A DNA stretch of 46,514 nt from Octopus sinensis. Taxonomy: Eukaryota. The stretch lies in NCBI RefSeq assembly GCF_006345805.1, contig NW_021833844.1:1-46514 (forward strand), given 5' to 3'. The translations under genes and the position numbers were made by a program. Below are positions 10,878 to 23,620 of the stretch, one piece after another (the stretch's first letter is position 1; each line of letters opens with the position of its first letter). The notes beneath the pieces were generated by a model. That model saw nothing but the letters and a program-made list of their open reading frames with translations, had not been told where the DNA came from and made no database searches.

Positions 10878-10968
10878 TCATCGGGAACGGACATGGCTTT
10901 TCCAACGCATATCAATAGCCATCTTGCGTGGGAATTGCCATTCCATCTTATCCTCTGCTGCTAATTAA
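10878..10968 (+). mobile_element. Very short CRE-like 3' fragment
   Basis: Near-identical to the 3' ends of the 142-653 and 14860-15579 copies (RERTWLFQRISIAILRGNCHSILSSA). Confidence 0.85.
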
Positions 10969-11134
10969 ATACTGAATAACAGATTCTTTGATTTGTAATT
11001 TTTCAAAATAAAGTTTATTTATATATATTTTTTCAAGAACTTGATTAATATTTTTTCAAGAACCTATAAAAAAAATTAATCAATCATTAAAGTTCGTAGA
11101 AAATTAAACAAAAACGCTTATCCTCAAAGAATTG

Positions 11135-11533
11135 TTAAATTACTATTATTATTAGCACCATCGCGATGTCATCGACCACGACAATGCATATAAACACAAT
11201 AACTAAATTCATTAGATAGCTTTCTCCATTTCTAGCGATTGCGTTGCCCTTGCATACAACATAAAAATACTGCCAAATTCTTTTGAAGTATTCGTTAAAA
11301 ACAACCCGTAGTGTTGCATTTGTTCGGCAGCTTAAGCGTAGTGGGTTGACAAAAAAACGATCCTCCATGTCTGTGTTCTCGGGAGCATCCACATCAAATC
11401 TGAGGATGTGATAAAACACCCCTCATCTTGCTTGCCTAATCTTCCACTGGTAATGTAATTCTTGGCCAAAAGTAAAACTTAAACAAACAGAAAAGAAAGT
11501 TAGCCGGAATAAATAAAAAGAATAATTTCCCAT
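11135..11533 (-). CDS. Hypothetical protein with hydrophobic N- and C-termini; gene structure unresolved
   Basis: The ATG at 11533 is in frame with the 11135-11419 ORF except for one TGA (11423-11425). It starts 37 bp after the RPL9 stop. No family recognised. Confidence 0.35.
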
Positions 11534-11569
11534 AATAAAATTAAAAGAAAACGAGAGAGAGTAAAGAAA

Positions 11570-12243
11570 TTATGTCGGGACAACAGTGGTCTTACTAGAG
11601 ATATAGATACCGTCCAAGAAAAGACGAGTATCCTTATTCTTTACTTTACACATCTCGTGCAAAGAAGAGGCTAACAGTCACTAAAGAACGGATACCAGAA
11701 CGAGACACCAATTCAATATCATTCCCCTCGACGTAGTACTCATCCTTCAATAACCCTGAAGGTCTAATCGTCACACCCTGCGGAAAAGAATAATTTCGTT
11801 TTTCAAGTCCTCCAAATAATTTCTCGATCTACAAAATAAACGACAATATAAAATAACTGTTAATTTTGTCCCATTTTCAGTAATGTCAATTCCAATCGGA
11901 AACATTCGACTAATTGCTCTGATTACATAACGAAATCCCTGGAATTTGACTATTTTTAGATACTTTTGTCACTCCTTTGATCATATTGGTGATGTGGGAG
12001 GAAATTGTGTTCAGAAGAGCGACATCACGAGTTGTAGAATTGACTTTTTCTAGCATAATACGTTGTTTCCCCATTTTTATAATGGTTATTGAAGCATGGC
12101 GGAAACTTCTTGTGAGACTACCCCGAGGACCTGTGATTGTTATCAGTCGTGCTTTAATTTCGAATGTAACTAAATTAATATCAATGAATATGAAAACCAT
12201 TTCTAGGAACTTTAATTTCCTGGGTACTCACAATATTTCTCAT
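11570..12243 (-). CDS. RPL9: 60S ribosomal protein L9 (uL6), divergent, 5 exons
   Basis: GPRGSLTRSF, SHITNMIKGVTK^GFRY, EGNDIELVS and KNKD.R.FLDGIY. Introns 12170-12197, 11939-11963, 11829-11857 and 11671-11695 (28, 25, 29, 25 nt) give an open frame. Confidence 0.95.
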
Positions 12244-12375
12244 TAGGCCACAAAGACTCCAAATGATATAAAAAACGTGATATTTTTAAAAAATTAATAA
12301 TTATAAATATTAATAATAATTAATTATTATCATCAATACAACAGGATTTAGAAAAGAAAAAAAATAATCAAATGA

Positions 12376-13355
12376 TTATGCAATGCTCCAATCAATCCTC
12401 TTCTTCCCTTTACTTAGCAGATACTCATTTGCCTTTGAGAAGTGTCTACATCCAAAAAATCCACTCCTGGCAGAAAAAGGCGAAGGATGTGGTGCTGTAA
12501 GTACACAATGTCTACTCTGCCTTATGTAACATTCGTCTAAACCTTATCTATGTGGGACCCCTTTTTTTGAGCATAACTCCCCCACAACATGAACACCACA
12601 TTATTCGATTTTTTATTCAACCATTCTACTACGGAATCCGTGAACTCCTCCCATCCGCGTCCCTTGTGAGAATTAGGCTGAGAACTTCTCACTGTAAGGA
12701 CAGCATTGAGCAAGAGGACTCCTACATTCTTACTGAGAGGATACCTTGCCTTGCCCAACTCTCGAGACATCCATGGCTGGGGATTTTAGTGTGGGGAATG
12801 TCCACGGAAAGTTCTTTAAAAATGTTTTGAAGGCTAAGATTAAATACATGAGGTACCTTGGGGGGATTTTTACGGATTTATCAACACTAAAACACAGGCC
12901 TAAATATGTCATAAGTTAAGAGAGACCATTTGCTTGTCCGATTCCGTGATAAGGGTCTTGACCGAGGATGACTACTGTGACCTTATTTAATGTGGGTGAG
13001 AAATTACATCGTTTATTAAGCAGAAACGAGTGAAGGAAAATACGTTTTCTGGAGATGGGAAAATTGTGTTGTTTAATCGCTCTTGTTTAATATATTCTGA
13101 TAACTATTAATATTATTAATTAAAAAACATTTATGAAATAGTCTTTTCTAAATTCGTTTTTTAATTCTTTGAACCAGGATGGACCCACATTGTCAACTAA
13201 ATTTGAAGTTTGGGATGCCGCCAATTTTATTTCAGAGGCAAGTTTACTGTTTTCAATTCTAGATATTTGATTTGTAGAAAGGTCGCTCTTCTAATCAATT
13301 TTGTTAGAAATTGAACTTTTAAAACGAATGCAGTCAGCTTGGATTGATGGGACAT
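12376..13355 (-). CDS. UNG: Uracil-DNA glycosylase family 1, 8 exons
   Basis: [11 protein letters not shown]^LCFSV, PPS^[31 protein letters not shown] and HPSPFS. Seven 23-27-nt introns. N-terminal PIP-box-like QSKLTAF; a second in-frame ATG lies at 13403. Confidence 0.96.
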
Positions 13356-13660
13356 TTTTAAATATGAAACACCCAACAAAGTTGAATATTTTCCAGAGAT
13401 CATTTATTTGTTGAGTAATTAAAAATATAATTTAGATATTCAATAACATTTAAATAATAATAAATAAAATTTTAATCGGCAACAATAGAGATTTTTTATC
13501 AGAATGAATTCGAATAGTAATTTTTTAAAATTAATTTTCGCTAAAATTAATTTAAAAATAAAAATCAATTTATATTAATATACATTTAATCGTTATATTT
13601 TAAAATTGTTTCTGGTTTACCTCAGAAAAATTGATTCCTGAATTATGTTTTGAGGTCAAC

Positions 13661-14568
13661 ATGATCTATTCTTATATGTCTAACTATGAAATAACTTTAG
13701 TATTGTGCTTATTTATATTTACTGGAGCTGTTTATACCATTCCGTACATTTTAACCAGAATTTTTTCTAGCTACAGCTCCACTTTAACTACGTTTAAACA
13801 GTATGGAACATGTTTTGTTAACGGAATTCTCGTAGCTCTGACCCTCGGAGTTTTATTTCCAGAAGGATTGGCCGAATATGAAAATATCTCCACCAAATGT
13901 TGGCCGTCTTTACATCAATGGAATATTTTTCCAATTTTTGTCATTTTCGTTTTGATGTTATCGATAATTATTAATGGATTAATGAAAAAGTCATCACTTG
14001 AAGAACACACGGGTCTTCTTCACGAATCACTTACGACACATCAAGGCTATGAGACAATCCTTCCAGAACCATCCGAACTGTCCGAAAACAATCAAAGTCG
14101 TTTGTCGGACTTTGTATCTATTTTTCTGGTTTTTACTCTCCACTCTTTGTTTGACGGTTTTACATTGGGTATACAACATGAAAAATTTACGTTATTTTTT
14201 GTCGCTACGATTGGGCATAAAATTTGCGTTTGCTTGGCTTTGGCCTGCAAAGCAGTTCCGCAAAAATTTTCTCATATTTGGCATTTTGTTTGTGGGGTTT
14301 TATTTTCATTTTCCACCCCTTTGGGTGTTTTTGTAACTCGGCAGGTTATGCATAGTTCTAGTGACTGTGGGAAGTCCGCCATATCTATGACAGTCTATAT
14401 CTTATCCTCGGGACTTTTATTGGATGTTTTATTTTTCCGAGAATTGCCTTCAAGTAGCCTGGTGTCTACTGATTCAACGAAGAGGACCTTTCTGCTCTGG
14501 CTAGTATATTAGGATCTGCGTTTTTATTTGGGACTGAGTGCATTGAGAATTATATTTCGAATAAATAG
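13661..14568 (+). CDS. ZIP (SLC39, ZIP1/2/3-like) metal transporter, intronless
   Basis: Multiple TM helices with LHSLFDGFTLG, IGHK and FSFSTPLG. The ORF stops at 14512, but one extra T in a T-run near 14490 would give a natural last helix (FSALASILGSAFLFG) ending at 14568. Confidence 0.85.
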
Positions 14569-14639
14569 ATAATTATTTGTATATTAATTTTTACAAATAA
14601 AATTTTTTATTCTTTTTTTTCCTTATAAATGATTTACAC

Positions 14640-14830
14640 TACAAATTGCATAAATCGGTTAACCGCATAAATTTATATTTAAAATCATAATTTATATGCT
14701 TTCCATTCAAAATAGATCGGTTATTGCATAATTACGTATCGGTTAATTGGATAAATCGGTTTATTGCATACTCTCATTGGGAACATTTACTATTTTTTCT
14801 TATAAAAATGTTCGCTTAATTGCATAATTT
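14640..14830. mobile_element. pogo-like MITE/subterminal remnant
   Basis: Repeated ATCGGTT(A)ATTGCATAA-type motifs; no intact TIR pair found. Confidence 0.35.
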
Positions 14831-14859
14831 TTTTTTTAAAGTAAATCAATTTATGATAA

Positions 14860-15579
14860 TTATGTATATTTAATTAGCAGCAGAGGATAGATGGAATGGC
14901 AATTCCCACGCAAGATGTCTATTGATATGCGTTGGAAAAGCCATGTCCGTTCCCGATGATCATTTCTTCTTCTGCTTGCCAAATCCCCCAGTTTAATAAG
15001 GAATTTTTTAGTTCTGGGGCCGAGGACTCCCGATGTCTCCACTGCGATCGGGGCAAAGATGTGGTGGTGAGATAATGCACTGTATTTCTTGATTTTTAGC
15101 GTTTCGGCCAGGTTGGCTGCGGAGCCCGGCTCTGAAGCCAACGACAAGATGTTCCCGGCGGAGAAGGTATCCGTGCAAGTGGCGTCCCAGATGAGAGACT
15201 TGCCATTTTCAAATGGGAAGGTCGTTAGACCATCAGGACGTTTACCATCCTCCCGAGCCAGCCCGACCGGTTCCAGCTGTGAAGGGAATCCGGCAGTTTC
15301 CAGAGTCCGCTTGACTATGTCGTTCAGAGCCGTATGTCGAGGGAAGCGTCCGGGACTTCTTTGGCACGATAACGGGTGCAATCCAAAGGGGTCAACGGTC
15401 GATCCACAGCGACACCGGTGTTCCCGGCATACGTTCAGACCTAGGCGCAGTGATATGCCGATCCTCAGGCAATCATCGTCCAATAAGGTTCCAATAGAAC
15501 CCATTGGGATAGCGGTCAACCAAGCCCCCGAATATGGTTGTGAGGCAGCCAGTAAGCAAGCCAAGCAACCAGTAAGCAT
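14860..15579 (-). mobile_element. CRE-like non-LTR retrotransposon, 5'-truncated
   Basis: GAWL.AIP, CRCG..VD..G.H.LSC, RH..LND and RPDG motifs; near-identical to the 142-653 copy. Confidence 0.9.
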
Positions 15580-15926
15580 TGCATAATTATAATTTGTAAT
15601 TTTAAAATTGAATTATTTTTTCACATGTCATGAAATAGCGATGGATGTTGCTAATGAGGACGACGAATATATCGGAATCATGTCCGATTATGAAATATTT
15701 TAATGTCAAGAGATATTTCTTGTGAAGACGATGAGGACGATTCGGATAATTGCATAAGATTTTCCGTCGACAAATGTTATAGTTTTTAACTAAATTACCT
15801 CCTTTAAATCAAGTCCAAAAATTGAATTCAATTATTTTATTTTTATACGATTTCTGATCAATTTGAATTTTTTTAAAAATAATTTTTAAATTAAATATTT
15901 AAATAACTAGTTCTGGTCTGTTTGTC

Positions 15927-16839
<913 letters not shown>

Positions 16840-17229
16840 CCTATTTTTGTTATAATTTACCTATAATATTTAAATACTCCATATATTTAATTAGTTACTT
16901 TTACTTTTCTTTAGATTAAATTTTCAATAAGCTTTTTTTATTATACTGTTTCATTTTCATAATGAAGCTTTACTAAATAAACTAATAAAACTTTTCAATA
17001 TAACTAAATAAATTTTAATCATTACATTCTGTCATATAAAAAAGGCAACTACCATCGAACTTTAAAGTAGCAAAATATAAAAGGAACATAAAAAGAAATC
17101 ATTGTTTTAAATCACGTTATTTTTACACGTTATTTTTAAATGTATGGTTTCTAGGTCTATTTCGAATTTGTCACAACCCAAATCAAAATTGTTGCAATCA
17201 AAATCAGAAAAGTTAAAAACAACATTTAT

Positions 17230-17450
17230 TAAAAGAACTTTTATTCTCTGTTTTTCTTTTCTCAGACATACTAATGTAACCGAGAATTTTCCTATCCGAA
17301 TCACAATGTTGTCGGGTTATTTCAGTAAATTTTTCTGAAATCCAGTTCTTTAATTGATTTTCATTTTGAATTTTAGCTCTTATAGCTAAATTTTTCTGAC
17401 AGAAAAATATTTTCTATCGGATTGAGGAAGGGAGACACTTCCGATCATCT
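17230..17450 (-). mobile_element. Tc1/IS630-like (DDE_3) transposase C-terminal remnant
   Basis: SPFLNPIENIF, followed in another frame by ...NENQLKNWISEKFTEITRQHCD...ILGYI. Confidence 0.65.
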
Positions 17451-17619
17451 TAAATGATGATCTGTCGACTGTTGGTCTGCGACTGAAGAGGCGGACGACC
17501 TGGACAACCTCAAAAATATTGCACCAACAGAAAATCCTGGTAGAGACTAACGGAGAAGATGTGACTGAACACGGCAAAAATAGAATTCAGAAAAAAAATT
17601 CAAAACAAAAGTGAGGTTT

Positions 17620-19040
17620 CTATCATTCTAATACGAACTTTGCATTCCCAGCGCATTCAGATTTAATTCTTCTTTTTCCTGACACTTGTTTAGTCAAGAA
17701 ATCAGATTGCTCGAGATTTGGAATAGCAGCGTTATTCTATTTATATATTAATTAAAATAATTGATTAAATAAAAATTTAATTTTTTCTATTACCACCTCA
17801 ATTTCATTATTATTAGTCATTGACTTTTCTATTCTTTTGTAAAATAGTAAATATGGAGAAGACTTCAACACACATTTAGCGTCGTGACTTGTATCTGAAA
17901 TAAAATATTATAATAAAACTTGATCGTCATCAATCATAAGCCATTCACCTCTTTGAGACATTACATAACAAATGTAATGCCCTTTGATGATAGAATAGCC
18001 TTGGTGAACAATAACTGAATATAATTCATATCGTTCAGGAGAACCCTAAAATTTATTAAACAAGATAATTACGTTAGGGTTTGTTAAATAGGGGAGCATG
18101 TTTATTTTGTGTTCAAATTGAAATTTTGATTTTAGTTTTTGTATAGATCTATATTCGTTCGAAAATCTAAATATTTTACTTGATCATATTTTATCTACTT
18201 TTTAATTTGAAAAGTCAAAATGTTTGGAAGCTTATTAATACTTAAAAGCTTTGTAGCCTCCACATAATTTGTACAGCTATTAAATAAAGTTAGTTATTTA
18301 AATATAAAAAACCTATTACATAAGTATTTATTACTCCCATTTAGTTGTTCAACTTCAAAATATGAGGAAATTGACTTTATGAGTGACGAAGCATACTATA
18401 AAAAACTTAATTTCTTATAATACTTTTATTGAAATAGACAAATCGAAAAAACGATCAAATTTGTTGAAAGAATTTCCACAACTTGTACAATAAACTAAGA
18501 AATAATATAAAAATATCAACCTTGACTAAGAAGAATTCCTTCAAATATTTGTGAAATTATAGTCGGGTCGCCAGAATTAGAACTAAAATAATTATTATTA
18601 ACATACAGATTATTATTCAGTTTTTCGAGAATGAATATAAAACATTCGTGAGCGTCTTGCTGTTCATCAACTTTTATCGTGTTAGAGAGATCTGTAATTA
18701 ATTAAAACAAAATAAGTTACTGAATAAACACTGCATAATCATATCAGGGAAAAAGGAGCAATTTAACTTCGTTTTATCGATGTGTAATTTTATCGAGCAT
18801 TCCAGACATGGTTCATTTTTTAATTTTTTTTGACCTGCAAAATTCAAATGAAAAATATAAACATAGATTAAGGTGTGGACTAGAATCATAATGTTGATAA
18901 AATGGTGGAGTAAAAATTAAAGTCTGTAATACGGAGTTCAAATAGCAATTGTTTCTCATATTTATTAGGCCTGCTTCATATTGTCCGTTTTCTAGAGATT
19001 TATTCTTTTTTGCGTTTTTTTTTCTTATCGAATTTTTCAT
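17620..19040 (-). CDS. Ubiquitin-specific protease (C19), USP36/USP42-like, about 10 exons
   Basis: Cys box AGLINMRNNCYLNSVLQTL, EQQDAHE, C..C, FDLS, LPNILTFQIK^RF, His box YELYSVIVHQG...GHY.CYV, W...DD and YLLFY. Introns are mostly 25-37 nt. The 3' end is approximate. Confidence 0.9.
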
Positions 19041-19919
19041 TGAGTTACTACAATATGTTATAAATATATTTATCAAAGAGCATGCTTATTTTTTAAAGTG
19101 AAAAAGTAACATTATACTATTCAAAAGTATAAAGTGTTTTTATATTTATCTAATCCTTAGACTTCAAGTTAGATTACTAAATGCCAGCTACTTACTTTGA
19201 TTTGTGTATTTTGCGTAGAATCGTTTATATACTCAGAAAAGATCGTAAATTAACGCCTTAAGTTAGTTCTATTTTTACTTTTGTATGTAGTCAATTTCAT
19301 TAAAACAATTGTTGATTTAAGTAATCAGATAAGTTAAATTAATTATTTTAATGAATGATATAATAAAGGATTCACTAAAAATATAAATTCATGCTGTTTG
19401 TATTAAATAAACTATTTAAATTACATTAATCCCAAGTACCTGATTCCCAATTTTTTGCAAAGTACTTTTGTTTTTAGGAAAATATGATAATCTAATATTT
19501 AGTATTTGAAGAAAAGTTTTAGTAGAATCGTATTTTTAGTTAATCTACAATATATATTTACTAAATTTTCTAATTTTGATAATTATTTCTAATTTATTTA
19601 ATTATTCAGGCAAGAAACATTAAAAAATGTTCAAAAGACTGTGCTGATTTTCGACTATTTCAAATATTTGAATAGAAAATACAAATTACATAAAGAAGAC
19701 GTAAAAGTTAAAAATTCCATTTAACTAATTATTTTCATTATCAATTTAACTATAATTAAAATTATCAAAGAAATTTATACACGATGAGTCATAATAATTT
19801 TGAAAACAAATGATTCATAATATTTTTAAATTCAATGACAAATTTTAGTTAATAAAAAATAGTCATATTCTCCGCTATATATTATTTTTATAAATAGCAA
19901 ATAATGAGTTAGCAGCAAA

Positions 19920-20228
19920 ATGGTGAGAAGGTTGCAAAACGAAAATAACAACAATGATAATAAATTTTTTGAGAATAATAGTTTTTTGGATAGACTTCGA
20001 CAAGAAATAGAAGATTTGGAGAATAATGAATTTTTTGAAAACGAAATTTATAATATTCTTCACCGGCTTCAGGATATTGACCATTGTTTGAACGAATATT
20101 TGGCAAACGAAGAGGAGCATATACTAAATGACAGTGGTGTAAAAAACAAAGTTGAACAGTTGGATCAATTGTTGACGGAGAAAATTGATCTGTATATAAA
20201 TCTATCTACAAACAGAGACACTAATTAA
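19920..20228 (+). CDS. Orphan acidic, Asn-rich 102-aa protein, copy B
   Basis: Paralog of 7928-8203; shares NILHRLQDIDHCLNEYLANEEEHILNDSGV exactly. Confidence 0.75.
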   Translation: MVRRLQNENNNNDNKFFENNSFLDRLRQEIEDLENNEFFENEIYNILHRLQDIDHCLNEYLANEEEHILNDSGVKNKVEQLDQLLTEKIDLYINLSTNRDTN

Positions 20229-21510
20229 TTAACTATAATTTAATTTATTTGGATAATTTCTTATTAAATTTTTCAAACAATTTCTTAGGTAATAGCATTT
20301 GAGCCAACTACGAGACCACATAAACATGAACTACTCAAAATAAAATCTAATATTAAACTATACAAATAGATTCAACTTAAACCTACTGCAAGCTGAGATT
20401 CAAGTAGCAAAATGGAGATTGGTTTGTCACATTCTACGAATAGATTCATAAGTCCGGCAAATATTGTGATTAAAAATTACTTTTAAAAAACAATGAAGCA
20501 TAGGTTTTAGGGAATAAAACACAATCATAAATATGTTTGAAATTCTGTAAAACTGGTGTAATTTTATTATCTTATAAAACAACAATTACTTGTTTTTTTT
20601 CTTGTGTTCTTTTGCTCCAACTGAATGTTCACTGATGACGGCGGGACATGTCAATCTTTTTAGCATTGTAGAACCTTCAGCCAAGTGAGCAGTTGCCACA
20701 TTCAAACCCGTGTCCTAAGTCTTTATTGGCCCGACACCTATCTCATGTGCACTTTGTTCCTACCTATTATTAGTTAAAAAGATCAATTAACTCTTCTTTA
20801 CTTAAAATAAACTCTGCCTATGCGGAGCTATAAAATACTATGGATTTGTGGAAATGGCCTTTATGTACAAAAAATACAACATGCTTTTAATGATAAAGCA
20901 CGTTCTATCATGTAGAGAAAGTTGTGCATTTTTCCAAATAAGAAATTTAATTTTCCCGACATTTTAAACTTTTTAAACTGAAAATCTACTGAACGAGTAT
21001 AAAAGTATAATGATTCGGAGATTTGTAGCTATTTATGTTCCAGGTAAAATTTTTAAAAAGTAAATTTGGCAAACAAATTATCATTATTGGTGATAAAGTA
21101 AATAAAGTTAAATTTTAACATTTTATTTAAAAATTAAATAAAAACTGTTTTTAACTATTTTTAAATATTCTATCTTTATATTCTAAAAAATAATACAGTT
21201 AAAAGGTCCAAAAAACTAAATAGTAAGATTATTTTTTTAACTATTTTTTTCGTAAGGATACATAAAGCATTTAACTGCTATTATTCCTTTTATGTTCTGT
21301 TTTGAGCTTTTTCAGTTGCTATAAATTGATTTATGACAAGATTTTTAATCCAAGCGGAGTTTATTTGTGATGCACAATCCCACTCAAATGAAGCTAATAA
21401 CAATTTGCAATTCACTTATGTAATTTTGCCCATAATCGTGGCTGCTGCATGTAGCACTAATTAGAGATAAGAAGTGGAACAAGGAATTATTAGAATAGAT
21501 AATTAGGCTA

Positions 21511-21789
21511 GTGCCATCCGAATTTTGGATTGCCAGCAAATCACCAACAACTGAAATATCAGTCCTTGTGAAGAAACAAAGATCTATTTGGCTACAATAT
21601 TTAAATTTCGTCTGTGAAAGAACAAATATCGAGAATAAAATCAAAAAGTGTGTTTCCTCTATGTCGAGGAGCAAGAATGAGATACAGATCTCAGGAATGA
21701 ACGCTCTGAAAAACAGTAGAAAGTACTATGAAACGATCAGAGTACTACGCAAGTACACGAAAATGAAAGACGAATTGCAGATTCTGTAA
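21511..21789 (+). CDS. Possible last exon of an unidentified gene
   Basis: A 92-codon open frame of plausible composition. No family recognised, and upstream exons could not be rebuilt. Confidence 0.25.
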   Translation: MPSEFWIASKSPTTEISVLVKKQRSIWLQYLNFVCERTNIENKIKKCVSSMSRSKNEIQISGMNALKNSRKYYETIRVLRKYTKMKDELQIL

Positions 21790-21834
21790 AAGCAGCAGAA
21801 TTAATTGTCACCAATTGAAGAAATCCCTTTCAGT

Positions 21835-22160
21835 GGAGGTAGGTCACTCGGTTGGGACGTAACCTGTGTAGATTCCTTTTCCGAGACGCTTTTGCTTTGG
21901 ACAGCATGTTATCCAGGATACGCTTGCGGAGGAGAGGAAAAGGTCGAAATACGTACTCCTTTCTGATACTTACGAGTTCGTGCCCCTTGCTTTGAGACCA
22001 CTGGCGTGGTCGATAAGAAGGCCAAGAAATTGTTGAGAATGCTCGGCGAAAAAAACACCTTGAATACGCGGAGGGGAAAGAGCTACCTCTTCCAGCCCGT
22101 CTTGGTCTCTATTCAAAGCGGGAACTGGCTCTCGATCCGCAGTTTGTCGTCGTCGGACTG
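21835..22160 (+). mobile_element. Degenerate CRE-like 3' fragment
   Basis: PFSGGRSLGWDVTCVDSFS...FVPLA.ETTG, with frameshifts. Confidence 0.7.
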
Positions 22161-22399
22161 ACCCCCAAGTCCAGGAAAACCTTATTTTGACTTTATAACT
22201 TTGTTTTTTCTTTAATTCAAGAAATTGTTTAAATCGGAAAGCAACGGAATTGCAAAATTAACTGGCTATCCCAGGAAATTCGAATAAAATAGAGGATCTA
22301 TGTAATAAATACTACTTCCAAGTTAAAAGAAGTGTTATACGGGCCGTAATAATTTAATGTGAAATCTTTAAGTTTTCTACTTTTTTAAAAGTTTGCCCA

Positions 22400-23615
22400 G
22401 TTCACTGACAAGCAAATCGTACTTATAGAGCTTTTCCGCCTCAAATTACTTTAGGTTTTTTGGGGAGATGACACCAATTTCAATAAGTGTGATTGTGTTC
22501 CAAAGATGTCCGGCTTGTTGTTCTCGACCCTCAGATCCGTGTTTATTGTCATGTCAACACAAATCTCCACAGATTTATTCGCAATCACTAACTCAACAGA
22601 ATGAGTTTTCAACCTCCTGGATTTCTAAATTCTATACTTCATGCATAAGTGGAAATTTATACACTTACTACTGTTTCCTTTGTATGAATGACCCACCGAA
22701 TCCCATCTTTACTTAGGCAGTAACGAGACTTTTTCTCAAGATCACGGAGGAATTAGAAAACTATGATAACTTTTGCGAAGATTTGATACGATTCATTCCC
22801 CTAGTTGGCCTCTTGGAAGGTAAAGCCTTTTTTTGTTTGCAGGCTTCAGGTGAATTCGGTGCTGCACAAGGATATTGCGCACATTTTTTTCAATCTGTTC
22901 AAATTCGGTTAGCTCAATATTGACGAGCTCAATGTAGTAGTTTTAGAGGGATAATGCGTGTTCATTTATGGCTTTAAATAAGTTGCAAGAGTTTAATTTT
23001 GTTTTCGAAAGATTATCGATCTTCTTTTTTAATTCTTCAAAGAGTGTGTTCAGTACTTTGCTTTTCAATATTGCACTTCTATCTTCTAGAACTCCAAGGT
23101 ATCTGTAACCATCAATCCCATCAACCAATTTAGCCTCCGACCGAAGGTCAGCCATGTTAGCTGCGGACTTTTCGACATTTTTTCAGTCCGTCGGCTCCAA
23201 AAAAATTATTTACCTCATTTATCATACTCATGATTGTATCTTCTTTTCGTGAAAATATTTTTAGGTCATCTATGAAAAGTAAGTGGTTTGTTGTGTATGT
23301 AATAAAACAGTGATTTTGATTATCTTTCATAAATTTTGGGTACCTTGCATTCAGAATTCTATTTTTTCCTCTCCGATTACGTGATGGTTCAAGGTTAATT
23401 TAATTCTCCATTTTTTAACAAAATCATCACGAAATTTACTATCCAGGGAATGAGTTCAGAATTTTCGACAATTTGATACAGAAAGTCGTGATCGACCGAA
23501 TCGAACGCTTTCTTTACATCAATCCAGGTAGAAAACAAGTTATTTCCTTTTGCTTGTAAATGCACTGATTAATTATTGCCTGCTCCTTAGCACCCTAGCA
23601 CATTCGTCGAGTTCC
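22400..23615 (-). mobile_element. R4/Dong-like non-LTR retrotransposon fragment (RT region)
   Basis: GAKEQA, WIDVKKAFDSVDH, NHLLFIDDLK, YRYLGVLE, KTKLN..NLFKAINEHA and HLKPANK.RLY. Confidence 0.85.
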
Positions 23616-23620
23616 CAGCT

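Noticed and set aside
14856-15590. Possible 8-bp TSD ATAATTAT around the CRE copy
   Set aside because: A low-complexity AT match is expected by chance here.
17107-17338. Overlapping 64-65-aa ORFs
   Set aside because: Off-frame or antisense readings of the DDE_3 remnant.
20600-20780. GC-richer island with an AHEIG metalloprotease-like string on the minus strand
   Set aside because: The HExxH motif is incomplete and stops occur in all frames.
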